64,000 nt of DNA from a virus: IMG/VR virus record IMGVR_UViG_3300045988_184285; one strand, given 5' to 3'. The translations under genes were made by a program, and so were the position numbers. Shown here piece after piece: positions 35,801-47,100 of the stretch. Within the stretch, counting starts at the first letter, position 1; each line of letters opens with the position of its first letter. Under the pieces are notes generated by a model. The model saw only the letters and a program-made list of their open reading frames with translations. It did no database searches and was not told the origin of the DNA.

Positions 35801-38800
35801 CGGATGCTTGCCGACATCCTCACCAGCATCGGTGCCAGCGTCAGGGCGAACAACCTTCAGGTTTGCGAGGTCACCTGCATTCTTGCTTACATAGTAAGCG
35901 CCGTCGCCAGTTGCAGTCCAAGTCAGTTCGGGGTCAGCCTCGCCGTAGACCTTCTTCTGGCCTTCATCAACAACCACGATTACATCGCGCTTATCGACAT
36001 GCAGAGAACCATCCACATAGACGATGGGGTCATAGTTCTTTGCGCCATTGTTTTCCAGACCGCTCATGGTGATGACATAATCGCCAGCAGCAGGACGAGC
36101 GGGAATCTCGGACAGAGAACCGTCAGCATTCTTGATGTTGTAGACAACCGAGCCAGTGAATGCGGAAGCAACGGTGTCATTGTTCTTCAAGCCAGTAACG
36201 GTGTAGCTGAACGTGGGAACGGTGCCGCCATAAATCATGGAATAACCGCCAGCCACAGTAAAGGTGACCTTAACGGGCTTGATGGTCAGAGTAGCAACTT
36301 CCATAGCTTCGGGCTCGGTGGTGGAAGAACCAACGTCGACGGAAGTGCCGGAGCCAGTCACGATGGTGATGGCGTAGTTGCCGTACTTGTTGTACAGAGT
36401 GGAGCTGATGGGGTATTCACCAACATCCTCACCGGCTTTGCGAGTGACAGAGCCGCTCAGAGCACCAGTAGTCAGTTCCAGCGTATTCTTCTTCAGACCA
36501 TCGTTGGAAATGTTGCCGGAAATCTCGCTGTAAGAGAATGCGGGGTCTGCATCGCCGTAATCCTTCTCGTAGTTGGAGAAAGTCAGGGTGATGGGACGAG
36601 GAGTGATGGTGATGGTAGAATCAATCACCGTCAGGTCGTAGTTGGCAGGCTGTGCGTAGATAGCTTTCAGAGCATAAGTGCCAACGCTTGCGGAAGCAGA
36701 AGTTGCACCGGAAGTCAGGGTAATGCCCTTAAGAATCTTTTCGGCTTCTGCTGCCTGAACATCAGTAGTAGTCAGCAGACCAGTGCCGCCCTTGATGTAA
36801 TCCTTCACGTTCATAGAAGTGAGGGTCTCACCATAGGTCTTTTCGGTTTCGAGCAGGTTGATAACGGCAGTACGCTTATTGATGGTGAAGCGAACATCAT
36901 TGGTGAAGCTGATACGATAGTTCTTTGCCATCGTCTGCTCATAGATGTTACCGCTGTAAATCGGATAAGTGCCAGCGTTCTCGCCTGCTTCACGGCTCAG
37001 ACGAGCCTGTGCAAAGTCGGCCTTGGGTTCTGCGAAGCTGGTGGTGTTGTAGTCGAAGATGACATAGGTATCGTTGACTGCAAAGCTGGGGTCAGTCTCG
37101 CCGTAAGTCTTGGACAGACCATAGCGAGGAGTGATGGTCAGGGGCATCTGATGAACAATCAGCATGTTCTTGCCATCGGGCTCAGACAGCTTAACGCTGT
37201 TTGCAGGCTGGTTATCCAGACGGAAGGTCAGGTTGTAAGAGCCTGCATCGTACAGACCAGAAGCGTTCGCAGTAGCCTCAACAGCGATACGAACAACGCC
37301 CAGAGAAACATCCTTGCCGTCCATCTTGATATTGACGGTTTCGCCATCGTGGTAAATCTGAGTGCCATCGGAGGTATTCACGTTGACGGAAACTTCCTTG
37401 GCGATGGTATCGGGCTTCTTCTCACCGTAAGTAGTCTGCAGTGCGTTGAAGGTGACAGAGACATCAGCCTCGGTAACTTGGAACGTGGCCTGCGGAGCAA
37501 TCGTTACGATGTAGTTGGGGTTCTCATCATAGGAGATGGTAGCTTCATAGTTGCCGACAACCGTAGTGGGGTCTTCCCACTTGGTCAGGTCGATGTGGAT
37601 GTTCAGCGGGCTGCCCTGCGGGTCAACCACATTGATAGCCTGAGAACCGGTCTCGTCATACAGCGCATAGCTGGGGGTATTCTTACCGGCAACGCCGTAC
37701 TTACGGACGCTGTTGGTAGTACCCTTGATGGTGACAGGCAGTGCATTGATAGTCAGCGTACCGCTTGTACCATCGCTGTAAGTTCCGGTATAAACGATGT
37801 TGTAGTTGGGGTTGGTGTAACCGGAAACAACAATAGGATAGGTACCGACACCAGTCAGCTTACCAACAGTATTGTCAACGCCATACTTGATGGTGACAGT
37901 GCCGCCCAGAGAAGCGACGGTATCATGGATGCCGATTTCATCGTTGCTTGCGAAGTTCTTGTATTCCAGTGCGCCGGTAATGTCGGCATCGCTGGGATTC
38001 TCGGAACCATACAGACGTTCACGGTTCGGAACGGTGATAGTCAGAGTACGCTTGGTGATAGTGTACTTATCGGGGGCATTGAAGGTGATGTCGTAGTTCT
38101 TGGCGATTTCAGCAGTCTGGAACTGTGCATCGCTGTAAGCGTAAGAACCAACGGTCTCGCCGACCTCACGGGTCACAACGCAGCCAGCAAAGTCGGAACC
38201 AACACGGCCGCCCTTGCCATTGACGGGGTCAAGAGTAAAGGCAACGCCGCCCTTGGCATCACTGTCGCCGTAAACCTTCGTCTGACCACCCATCACATTG
38301 ATGGCGATAGGACGCTTGGTGACGGTCAGCTTGCTGCTGACAAAACGAACCAGATAGTTGTCGTAACGGTCGTAGTTCTTGCCATCGGCATTGGGGTCCC
38401 AGTCAGAAGACCAACGCTCCTGAGAAGCACCCTGCACAGATGCGCTGACGGTGTATTCGCCAACATTGGCTGTTGTAGGAGTACCGCTGTTGCCAGCCGC
38501 ATCTACCATAGTAAAGCCAAGCTTGTCCTCGGTCAAACCGATGCTTGCCTGTGTATCGTTCAGCTTGAAACCTTCGATGGATTTAATCTTACCGGAACGA
38601 GCAGCGCCATACATTGCGGACAGGTCATCGAGAGTAACAGTCAGCATTGCGGGATGGATGATGTACTTGCTGTTGATGACCTTGACGTCATAGTAAGCAG
38701 TGCATGCAGGGGGGACTTCGACAGTCATCGGATATTCGCCAACATTCTTATTGTCGATATCCTGACGCTGTGTTGTCAGAACCATGCTGACCAGCTTGTT

Positions 38801-40765
38801 CACACCGTCATCAGCGGTGATGTCGGAACCGGCGACAATACGCTTATCGGAGGCCACTGCCTGAGCAGCACCGTTATAAGCAACAGCGTCGAAGGTAATG
38901 GTGGAAGACTTGCCCTTTTCAGCCTCACCATAGATGGCATCAATCTGGTCGTTGGTGATGGTTACGTTACGCTTGGTAATCTCAAACGTTGCGGTAGCAA
39001 GGTTGATGTTATAACCATTGATAGGCGCATTCGTCTGGATATTGCCGATTGTAACAGTGTAGCCACCGGGAGCAGAGGTGATGCTGGGCAGAACAACGGT
39101 GGGTTCACCGCTCAGGCCAAGCATTTCTTTCAGAGCAACTGCGTTGGACTTGTGTTCATTATTGGTCTTATACTCGAAATTGGTTTTATCGGTATCAGAC
39201 CAACCGGTAATCACGAAGTCAACCTGAGGATTCTGCTGACCATACTGACGAGTGGCTTTGCTGCCGGTCGTCTGTACGCCATCATTGCCCTTGAAGACAA
39301 ATACGGGAGTCAGGGTCAGAGTCTTTTCGGAAACGACAACATACACATCGCCGGTATTGGGCTGAATGTCGATGTTGTAGTTCGTGTTGCTCTTCGCGGA
39401 GGAACCTAAGATGATTTTGTAAGAACCGGTAGTGTCCTTATCAAAGTTCTCTGTGGTCAGAACATCCGCAGGAAGCAGGTCGCCGTCAACCAGACCACCA
39501 TTGGTATCCATAACGGTGTAGTTAATCTGGCTGATAGTATTGCCCTTCGTAACATAGGTGGTATGAGGGACAATGTAAATCTGACGTTTGTTGATAGTCA
39601 CACCCGTGTCATTGCGGATATTCTTGGAGGAATCCAAGTTAGAACCGTCAATGATGGTATAGTTCAGACCATTCACAGTAACACTTGTTGCACCCGTATC
39701 GACATAAGTCGGATAAGTACCGGCATTGCAATGAATGTCTGTAGGATTCTGGCCGTCGCCGTCAGCCGGAGCGTACATGATGAAGCTCAGACCGTCGATA
39801 GCTGCCTGAATATCCTTTTCAACTTCCTGAGAAGTACGGGAATCAGCAGTGCTGTATTCGATGGTCAGGCCCTTGGACTTGAAGGAATCACCGTAGGTGT
39901 AGGTAACAGTCTGGGGCAGGATACGAATAACGTTTTCCTGACCGCCAATCTTGGTGTACTGAATACCAGTACCAGCGGCAATCTGCTTACCAGTCTCAGC
40001 GGCAGTGATTGCCTGATAGTCACCGATGACAGTGGTTGAACCGCCGCCACCAAATGCGCTGGCACCGCTTGTGTCTATGGGGTTTTCCTGACGGTCACAA
40101 ACCTGCAGATACAGGTCAGACATATCAAGGTATGCATTCATGACGGGCTCGGCGACCTGCTCATCCTCGCTCAGAGAATAATACATGTCCTCAATGGGTT
40201 CCCAGTCATAAACTGCATCCAGTTCCTCAGTGCGACGCGTGACCATCGCATCAAGAACCGCATTTTCCTTGTCAGCCTGCCATGCCTTGCTTGCAAGGCC
40301 GAAGTTGTTTGCAGCAGTCAGAATTTCATCTTTACGGCTTACGAGAGCGTTGGCCGCATCGATAAATGCCTGTGCCGCTTCGCTGATGTTGCTGCCAGTG
40401 GTAGAAGCTTCGCTGGAAGTGCTGGTGCTTGCACCAGTATCAGAGGCAGCACTGTTTGCGGAGGCAGTGGTCGTCTCGGCCCCTGCCTGACTTGTAGCCT
40501 CAGAAGCAACATTGCTCGTTACAGAAGTATCGTTGGACGCGGAACTTGCTGTGTCGGTAACATCGCTTTTCGGCGCGGGAGTAGTAGCGGAAGAGTCGGA
40601 GTTTGTTGTCGTAGTGCTGAGCGCATCAGTTTCCTTCGGAGCTTCCTCACTCTGCGTGATTCCACTCGCGCTCTCTACTGCATAAGCAGTGACAGGAGCA
40701 AACTGAGACAGGCACATTGCTACGGCGACAATCGCACTCAAAAACCGCTTACGAGGTTTCTGCAT
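32819..40765 (-). CDS. giant cell-wall-anchored surface protein (2648 aa) with MBG/YGX-type and Ig-like repeats
   Basis: signal peptide MQKPRKRFLSAIVAVAMCLSQFAPVTAYA (AGGAGGG RBS); many K-x-YGE/D-x-DP repeat units; C-terminal NYKTG + TM + KKKK sorting signal. Confidence 0.9.
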   Translation of the reverse strand: MQKPRKRFLSAIVAVAMCLSQFAPVTAYAVESASGITQSEEAPKETDALSTTTTNSDSSATTPAPKSDVTDTASSASNDTSVTSNVASEATSQAGAETTTASANSAASDTGASTSTSSEASTTGSNISEAAQAFIDAANALVSRKDEILTAANNFGLASKAWQADKENAVLDAMVTRRTEELDAVYDWEPIEDMYYSLSEDEQVAEPVMNAYLDMSDLYLQVCDRQENPIDTSGASAFGGGGSTTVIGDYQAITAAETGKQIAAGTGIQYTKIGGQENVIRILPQTVTYTYGDSFKSKGLTIEYSTADSRTSQEVEKDIQAAIDGLSFIMYAPADGDGQNPTDIHCNAGTYPTYVDTGATSVTVNGLNYTIIDGSNLDSSKNIRNDTGVTINKRQIYIVPHTTYVTKGNTISQINYTVMDTNGGLVDGDLLPADVLTTENFDKDTTGSYKIILGSSAKSNTNYNIDIQPNTGDVYVVVSEKTLTLTPVFVFKGNDGVQTTGSKATRQYGQQNPQVDFVITGWSDTDKTNFEYKTNNEHKSNAVALKEMLGLSGEPTVVLPSITSAPGGYTVTIGNIQTNAPINGYNINLATATFEITKRNVTITNDQIDAIYGEAEKGKSSTITFDAVAYNGAAQAVASDKRIVAGSDITADDGVNKLVSMVLTTQRQDIDNKNVGEYPMTVEVPPACTAYYDVKVINSKYIIHPAMLTVTLDDLSAMYGAARSGKIKSIEGFKLNDTQASIGLTEDKLGFTMVDAAGNSGTPTTANVGEYTVSASVQGASQERWSSDWDPNADGKNYDRYDNYLVRFVSSKLTVTKRPIAINVMGGQTKVYGDSDAKGGVAFTLDPVNGKGGRVGSDFAGCVVTREVGETVGSYAYSDAQFQTAEIAKNYDITFNAPDKYTITKRTLTITVPNRERLYGSENPSDADITGALEYKNFASNDEIGIHDTVASLGGTVTIKYGVDNTVGKLTGVGTYPIVVSGYTNPNYNIVYTGTYSDGTSGTLTINALPVTIKGTTNSVRKYGVAGKNTPSYALYDETGSQAINVVDPQGSPLNIHIDLTKWEDPTTVVGNYEATISYDENPNYIVTIAPQATFQVTEADVSVTFNALQTTYGEKKPDTIAKEVSVNVNTSDGTQIYHDGETVNIKMDGKDVSLGVVRIAVEATANASGLYDAGSYNLTFRLDNQPANSVKLSEPDGKNMLIVHQMPLTITPRYGLSKTYGETDPSFAVNDTYVIFDYNTTSFAEPKADFAQARLSREAGENAGTYPIYSGNIYEQTMAKNYRISFTNDVRFTINKRTAVINLLETEKTYGETLTSMNVKDYIKGGTGLLTTTDVQAAEAEKILKGITLTSGATSASASVGTYALKAIYAQPANYDLTVIDSTITITPRPITLTFSNYEKDYGDADPAFSYSEISGNISNDGLKKNTLELTTGALSGSVTRKAGEDVGEYPISSTLYNKYGNYAITIVTGSGTSVDVGSSTTEPEAMEVATLTIKPVKVTFTVAGGYSMIYGGTVPTFSYTVTGLKNNDTVASAFTGSVVYNIKNADGSLSEIPARPAAGDYVITMSGLENNGAKNYDPIVYVDGSLHVDKRDVIVVVDEGQKKVYGEADPELTWTATGDGAYYVSKNAGDLANLKVVRPDAGTDAGEDVGKHPMIIEGDDVNFNITRVNNTFEITPATLNVTLAAQSKIYGDENPVLSGDNLIFDGFVVKPVKGNTTPDDAGVLSVANLTFNFTDAEGAPATVASHAGTGKVVPANVENAAANNYTFVYAPVDFVINKRPITITAKPQTSIYGDDVAVEDWSDYGTVNVLEYTGDTAKAALVNGDILEGTNLCLVTSASHVGGYDIVPSFSGLAHRVGQASYQDYLVTAMNGTYTVTQRPLTWTIGTVGSVYGNEMAELSNTLTYTGDADKKTIVNGDDLKAIISITKKDVENAVAEEISMKSVDGAASLVAESVPESVKDYGAYDMVGSYDNDDYLITIVNGVYTIGERLVEVTVTEPKDIVYGDTTNPDFTVNAVATNGDGTHGAAVKPDSLGLKMALVYTPFENDKTTDNAQTAPLTADAKATLTPDIASGDDGVESDSQFKTENVKNAGTYTYTVTSDYDAAVEQNYAVTIKVVDADKNEADGQFVIARKDLTVTLDPNPVVKLYGTKTEIPEIKTSGYAFDETAETVKLPSFELIVASSIDGIFGNVGLTKDAFKYVGGAYDNYNYLPTTGDLEVQRLHLSDVEPATIVGTVADEKTGKPVEVTKKTTDDLSGLYFNSKVEVIAPKGYAIGTSDSLTDAEWAEKMVISANSEKVTSTYYLIDLKTGAITEMGTITTSVDTEAPVVASAFAADKVDSTNKTDLLNEKFVKFESTINVFITGEETGKAPEKDDDKKDDTDKKEDSGKKDETESGTDEKVPAESEKTETTNDKTEATTLRIAHGKPALFTTGDETGDENGNDVVATPDENGGKDDTEDPDFVPVVKVKDSVPAISALDGEYNSGVAKIQYYKVNGSAIAKSADGDYTFDETKFETVNVTNIDKDNGYVTFKLSPDWTGYIVTRTVDKAGNYGDVRVASVKLENPPEESRPTPTPVVKNEPAPTPAPVVVNYKTGVGFGADIIVPVIVVVALIGVGAFVIVKKKKGDSEEKAAEKTEDKTEEKKQ

Positions 40766-40904
40766 GTTAGTTGCCCTCCTAATAATGTGAGTGTTCTGTG
40801 GCTTGACCACAGTCGGATTTATATACACCCTTACCTACTCCCTAGTGTGCAGCCTTGATTGTAGATAAGAAAGTATATCAAAACACAGGCAATCAAATTG
40901 CATA

Positions 40905-40940
40905 TTTACAATATGCCACAAAAAGACATAAAAGTCAATC
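40905..40940 (-). promoter_or_regulatory. class A-like promoter (TTGACT-N14-TGTGGCATATT)
   Basis: minus-strand 'TTGACTtttatgtcttttTGTGGCATATT'; ~140-nt 5' UTR to giant gene 1. Confidence 0.5.
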
Positions 40941-41074
40941 AAAAATTTCGGCACAAAAAGGCCACCCATGAGCGCATAATCGTATTTCGTATGGACATGG
41001 ATGGCTGAAACATTAACACAGAACCTGCTTGACTATTATTTATTCTGAAAAATTTGATGCTGTATTTATATCTA

Positions 41075-41104
41075 TTATATTACTCACTTTGCAGCAGCGG
41101 TCAA
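41075..41104 (-). promoter_or_regulatory. class B promoter (TTGACC-N16-TAATAT)
   Basis: minus-strand 'TTGACCgctgctgcaaagtgagTAATAT'; in tandem upstream of the class A promoter. Confidence 0.45.
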
Positions 41105-41136
41105 TAATAATTCTGAAAAACAGAAGTTTTTTATGC

Positions 41137-41172
41137 AAAAAAAAGAGCGGCGGCTCTTTCGAACCACCGCTC
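41137..41172 (-). terminator. intrinsic terminator after giant gene 2
   Basis: 9-bp stem (one G-U) gagcggtgg/ccgccgctc followed by TTTTTTTT on minus strand. Confidence 0.6.
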
Positions 41173-41186
41173 TATTGTTTTACCGC

Positions 41187-44100
41187 TTATTCAGCGGAAT
41201 CATCCTTATGGTTATCTTTGTTGTCGTTTTCGTCCTTCTTGCGCTTGTGGTTTACTACCACCAGAGCAGCGACGCCAATGCCAACCATTGCTGCCAGACC
41301 AACAATGCTCTGTGCAAATCCGATACCAGTCTTCTTATTGCTCGTGAAGATAGAGAAGAGGGAGAAGGGTTTGCCGTCTACCTTGAAGATATCGAGCCAG
41401 CCAATCGGCGGGGTCTTGGGCTTCTCAGTAGGAACAGGTGTCGGAGTAGGCTTCGGGTTGTCGGGAGTCGGAGTCGGCTTAGGCTCGTCAGGCGTTGTGG
41501 GAGTAGAGGGCTTCACAACAGGGACTTTTACCTCGTTGGAAGGTTTCTCTACATCTTCATCAATCGGCTTGGACGGGTCCTTACCATGACCCGGATTCTC
41601 GGGGTCTTCGGGATTCTGACCCGGAGCCTTAGCGACAGCCACGTTAATGACATCGTGTCCGGCATCCGCGTCAACGGCAACATAAGAATAGGTCAGAGTG
41701 AAGGATTCGCCAACGGGGATACGAGCAATAGTGAACGTTGTCGTTGCGCTATCGTAAGTATATCCATCACCGTTCTTGGCTTCAATATGGCTTGCGCCGT
41801 CATTGTTGTCCTTTACGGTTACATTGACAAGGTCTACCTCACCGGTATTGGTTACTACCACACGATAATTGATGGTTTCACCGACATTGACTTTCGTCTT
41901 GTCAGCACTCTTCACAATCGTGAGGCTCTTTTCCAGCGGGATGTCAGTTTCCGTACCGGAACCCGGAACTTCCACATCAACCTTGTTGGACGGAATATCC
42001 GTATCAGGGTCAATCGGTTTCGTCGGGTCTTTACCCTGTCCGGGATTCTCCGGGTCTTCAGGGTTCGTGCCGGGAACATGAATCGTCGCTACGTTTTCGA
42101 GGATGTGCGTAGTCACATCGGCGATACCAACAGTATAAGCGTAGTGGACAACCACATCGCCGCCAGCAGGAATCGTGTCGATGGTGAATACACCATTCTC
42201 ATAGTGATAACCAGCGCCATCCACTGCGAAGATGCTTCCGGAGAAGTTATTCTCATCAGTCAGAGCAGCATTCTGAATATCGTGGTTTTTGCCATTGTGT
42301 ACCGTTACGGTATAGGTGACAGTCTCACCCGGCTTTGCGACAGTCTTGTTTGCAGACTTCCAGATGGTGACAACGCCATCATCAGGCTTCTTCACATCGA
42401 CTGTATTGGACGGGATATTATACTGCTCGCCATCGTGCGTGTACTTAATGGCTGCGGTATTTTCCATAACGCTCTCATCGGTCGTCTCTACCGTATAGGT
42501 ATAAACGATATCAAGAGCCTCACCGGCATCCAGATAACCGATAGTCCAAGTACCGTCTCCGTTATAGGTATAGCGGTTAGAACTCTCAGCCGTAACATCA
42601 CCCGCAAAGTTGTTATGGTCTGCGACAGTGATATCGTTTACGGTTTCGTCTGTCGTGTTCTTCACCGTAATGGTGTAGGTCACAACATCCGTCACCTTAG
42701 CAATATACTTATCGGCATCCTTTTCAACATCGATAGGCGGTGTCGGGTCTTTCACAACAGCAGCGTTCAGGACCTTAGGAGCATCAGCGGTAACTACCAC
42801 ATAGGTAAAGTTAAGCGTTACGCTCTCACCAGCCTTTACAGTGCTGATGGTATAGGAGTTGTCGCCGTTATCCGCAACGCCATCCATGGGCACAAAGTTG
42901 AGCGTTCCGTTGCCATCGAAGAAGTCTTCGACCACAACATTTTCCGCATCAGCCTTGCCCTTGTTGGCGACAGTAACCGTATAGTTGAGCGTATCGCCAA
43001 CCTTAGCTTCTGCCTTATCAACGGACTTGGTGATTTCGATTACAGGAATCTCTGTTTCGGTTTCAGAGCCGGGAACTTCCACATCAACCTTGTTGGACGG
43101 AATCTCCGTATCGGGGTCAATGGGTTTCTCGGGGTCTTTACCGTGACCCGGATTATTCGGGTCTTCGGGATTCGTGCCGGGAACATGGATTGTTGCAATG
43201 TTTTCGAGAATCTGCGTGGGCACATCAGCAATTTCAACCGTATAGGTGTAGTGGATAACCACATCACCGCCTGCGGGAATCTTATTGATTGTGAATTCGC
43301 CGTTCTCGAAGGTGTAATCCGCACCGTCAACGCTTACGATTTCACCAGCAAAGTTGTTGGTGTCTGTCAGACGAGCGTTTTCGATGTCGTGATTCTTTCC
43401 GTTATGAACCGTGACGGTATAGGTTACAACCTCACCCGGCTCAGCCTTTGTCTTATCTGCAGCCTTGCGGATGGTGACAACACCATCATCAGGCTTTTCG
43501 ACATCGACGGGGTTAGAGGGGATATTGTAATCTGTGCCATCCTTGCTGTAAGTCACATTTGCAATGTTTTCGATGACGGTGGCATCCTCAGCCTGCATCG
43601 TATAGGTGTAGGTGATATGGATGGTCTCGCCAGCGGCAATAGTCGGAATAGTCCATGTCTTATTGCCATTGTAAGTGTACTTGTCAGCGTTTTCGGCCTT
43701 GATTTCGCCCTTGAAGTTGTTAGTATCGGTGACAGTTACATTGTCAACAGGCTCAGAAGTGGTGCTCTTCACGGAAATCGTGTAGGTTACAACCTCATCT
43801 ACCTTTGCAATGTGCTTGTCGGCTTCCTTCTCGACATCAATAGGCGGTGTCGGGTCTTTGATTACTGCGGCGTTCAGTACGAGAGGTTCGTCTCCTTCAA
43901 CTACAACATAGCTGAAACGAAGCTTTACGCTCTCCCCTGCTTTGACCGTAGAAATAGTGTAGGTGTTGTCTCCGTTATCTGTCACACCATCCATGGCCTT
44001 GAAGTTCAGCGTTCCGTTTCCGTCAAAGAAATCCTTAATCAGGATATTCTCAGCATCCGCGTTACCGCCGTTCTTGACAGTGACGGTGTAGTTTAGCGTA

Positions 44101-47100
44101 TCACCAATCTTGGCAGTAGGCTTATCTACAGACTTGGTAATAGAGATTTCCGGAATCTCGGTCTCAACTTCGGAACCGGGGACTTCCACTTCGACCTTAT
44201 TGGACGGAATGTCCGTATCGGGGTCAATAGGTTTATCCGGGTCCTTGCCGTGTCCGGGATTTTCAGGGTCTTCCGGATTCGTGCCGGGCACATGTGCCGT
44301 GGCAACATTTTCCAGAATGTGAGTGGGTACATCTGCAATCTGCACCGTGTAGGTGTAGGTCAGAACAGCGTCTGCACCTGCAGCAATCTTGTCGATTACA
44401 AAGTGTCCGTCAACGAACTTGTAGCCGACACCATTCGAGCCTGTAATCGTTCCAGCAAAGTTGTTGGAATCGCTTACGACCACGTTGGTGATGTCATGCG
44501 CCTTGCCGTTGTGAATCGTAACCGTGTAGGTCACGACCTCACCGGGCTCTGCAATCTTCTTGTCACCGCTCTTGACAATCGTAACTTCGCCATCCTTCGG
44601 GACAACGACTTCAACGGGGTCTGCCTTGATGACATACTCGCCGTCATCGGTCGTGTAGCGAACATCAGCTTCGTTGACCAGCGTAGAGGGGTCGGTAGTC
44701 TTCACCGTATAGGTGTAGAGAATATCGATGCTCTCACCAGCCTTGATGCTGGGGATAGTCCAAGTATGGTTGCCATTGTAGGTGTACTTGGCGTTGTCTT
44801 TAGAGGCGATTGCACCTGTAAAGTTGTTGGTGTCGCTGACCAGCAGGTCGGTAACGGCCTTATCGGTCGTGTTCTTCACCGTGATGGTGTAGTTGACGAC
44901 TTCATCGACCATTGCTACATGCTTGTCTGCGGTCTTCTCGATGTCAACGGGAGGAGTCGGGTCTTTCACAACAGCAGCGTTCAGGACCATCGGCGCATCT
45001 CCGGCAACGACCGTGTAAGTGAAGCGGAGCGTAATGCTCTGACCCTTCTCCACATTCGCAACCGTGTAGGTGTAATCACCGTTATCCGTCACACCGTCCA
45101 TCGGAACGAAGTTCAGGACACCGTTACCGTCAAAGAAATCCTTGACGACAGCGTTCTTGACTGCCTGTCCGCCAACATTCGTCAGCGTAATCGTGTAGTT
45201 CAGCGTATCGCCAACCTTGGCTTCCGTTTTGTCTACACTCTTAACGATTTCGAGCTTGCCTTCCGGCACATCAACATGCGTGCCGTCACCGGGAACTTCA
45301 ACATCGACCTTGTTGGAAGGAATCTCCTCGTCAGGGTCGCCGGGGTTCTTGCCGGGGACATGAGCCGTTGCAACATTCTCAAGAATCTTAGTCGGAACAT
45401 CGGAAATCTGGACTGTGTAGGTGTAGTGAACCACTGCGTCACCGCCAGCAGGAATCTTGTCAATGACAAATTCGCCGTTGATGAACTTGTAGCCAGCACC
45501 GTCAACGCCCTCAATCTTGCCCGCGAAGTTGTTCGCGTCAGTCAGACGGACATTCTTGATGTCGTAATCCTTACCGTTGTGAATTGTAACTGTATAGGTA
45601 ACGACCTCGTTCGGTTCAGCCTTGGTCTTGTCGGCAGTCTTAAAGATGGTAACGACACCATCGTTAGGCTTCTCAACATCAACCGGGTTGGACGGAATAT
45701 CGTAGTCAGTACCGTTGTGGCTATAACGCACATCGGCAGTGTTTTCAATCACGGTTTCATCGCTTGCCTGCATCGTATAGGTGTAGGTAATGTCGATGGA
45801 CTTGCCGGATTCGAGCGTTGCGATGGTCCAAGTCTTATCACCGTTGTAGGTGTAGCCCTTGCCATCCTTGGCTTCGATTTCGCCCTTGAAGTTGTTCGTA
45901 TCGCTTACCAGCAGATTCGTCAGCGTGTCCTTAGAATTGTTCTTCACCGTGATGGTGTATGTAACAATCTCATTGACCTTGGCGATATGCTTGTCTGCGC
46001 TCTTCACAATATCCGTGGGCGGTTCGGGAGTTGTGATGACTGCCGCGTTCAGAACCTCAGGTGCGTCACCGTCAACCACCACATAGGTGAAGTTAAGCGT
46101 TACGCTCTCGCCAGCCTTGACGCTTGCAATCGTGTAGGTGTTGTCACCGTTATCGGTGACGCCATCCATAGCCACGAAGTTCAGTGTGCCCTTGCCGTCG
46201 AAGAAGTCCTTGACTGTGACATTCTCAGCATCGCCCTTGCCGTTGTTCTTGACAGTAATCGTGTAGTTCAGAGTATCACCGACAACGGCTTCATTCTTAT
46301 CCACACTCTTTGTCAGAACAAGGTCAGGAATCTTGGTTTCAGTCTCGGAACCCGGAACCTCAACATCGACAGGATTCGAAGGAATCTTCTCATCGTTATC
46401 GATAGGCTTGTTCGGGTCTTTACCGTGACCGGGGTTGTTCGGGTCTTCGGGATTCGTTCCGGGAACATCAGCCGTAGCGATATTCTCCAGAATCTGAGTA
46501 GGCACATCACCAATTTCAACCGTGTAGGTGTAGGTCAGAGTGACCGAAGCGCCTGCGGCAATCTCAGCAATATGGAACTCACCGTTCTCGAAGGTGTAAT
46601 CTGCGCCGTCAACGCCAGTGATTTTACCAGCGAAGTTATTAGCATCGGTTACTACAACATCGTGAACATCGAAGCCCTTGTTGTTAGTAACGGTGACATT
46701 GTAGGTGACGACCTCACCCGGCTTAGCCATCTTCTTGTCCGCTTCCTTGTGGATGGAGACAGTGCCCTTATCGGGTACGACCACATCAACAGTCGGCGTA
46801 TCAAGTTTCACGGTATCGCCGTTCTCGGAATACGTCACATCAGCCTTGTTCTCGAGGAGCTTCTCATCATTGCTCTGTACCGTGTAGGTATAGGTAATGT
46901 CGATGGTCTCCCCTGCTCCGATTTCCGGAATCGTCCAAGTATTATCGCCGTTATAGGTGTACTTGTCTGTATTGGTGGCATTGATGCTGCCAACAAAGTT
47001 ATTGGTATCCTTGACAGTGACATTCGTCTTTGCCTTGGTGTCGGGGTTATACACGCTGATGGTGTAAGTCACGATTTCATCGACAAATGCGAACTTCTTG

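Noticed and set aside
32768-39409. 2213-aa plus-strand ORF
   Set aside because: It is an antisense shadow of the 2648-aa minus-strand adhesin gene. It has no signal peptide, no RBS and a low-complexity translation. The minus-strand frame has a signal peptide, recognisable repeats, a sorting signal, and a promoter and RBS.
40795-40813. Small hairpin (ctgtgg-cttgac-cacag) in the 5' UTR of giant gene 1 as a riboswitch or regulatory structure
   Set aside because: It is too short and unsupported by any conserved flanking structure to call a regulatory RNA. It is noted only as a UTR feature.
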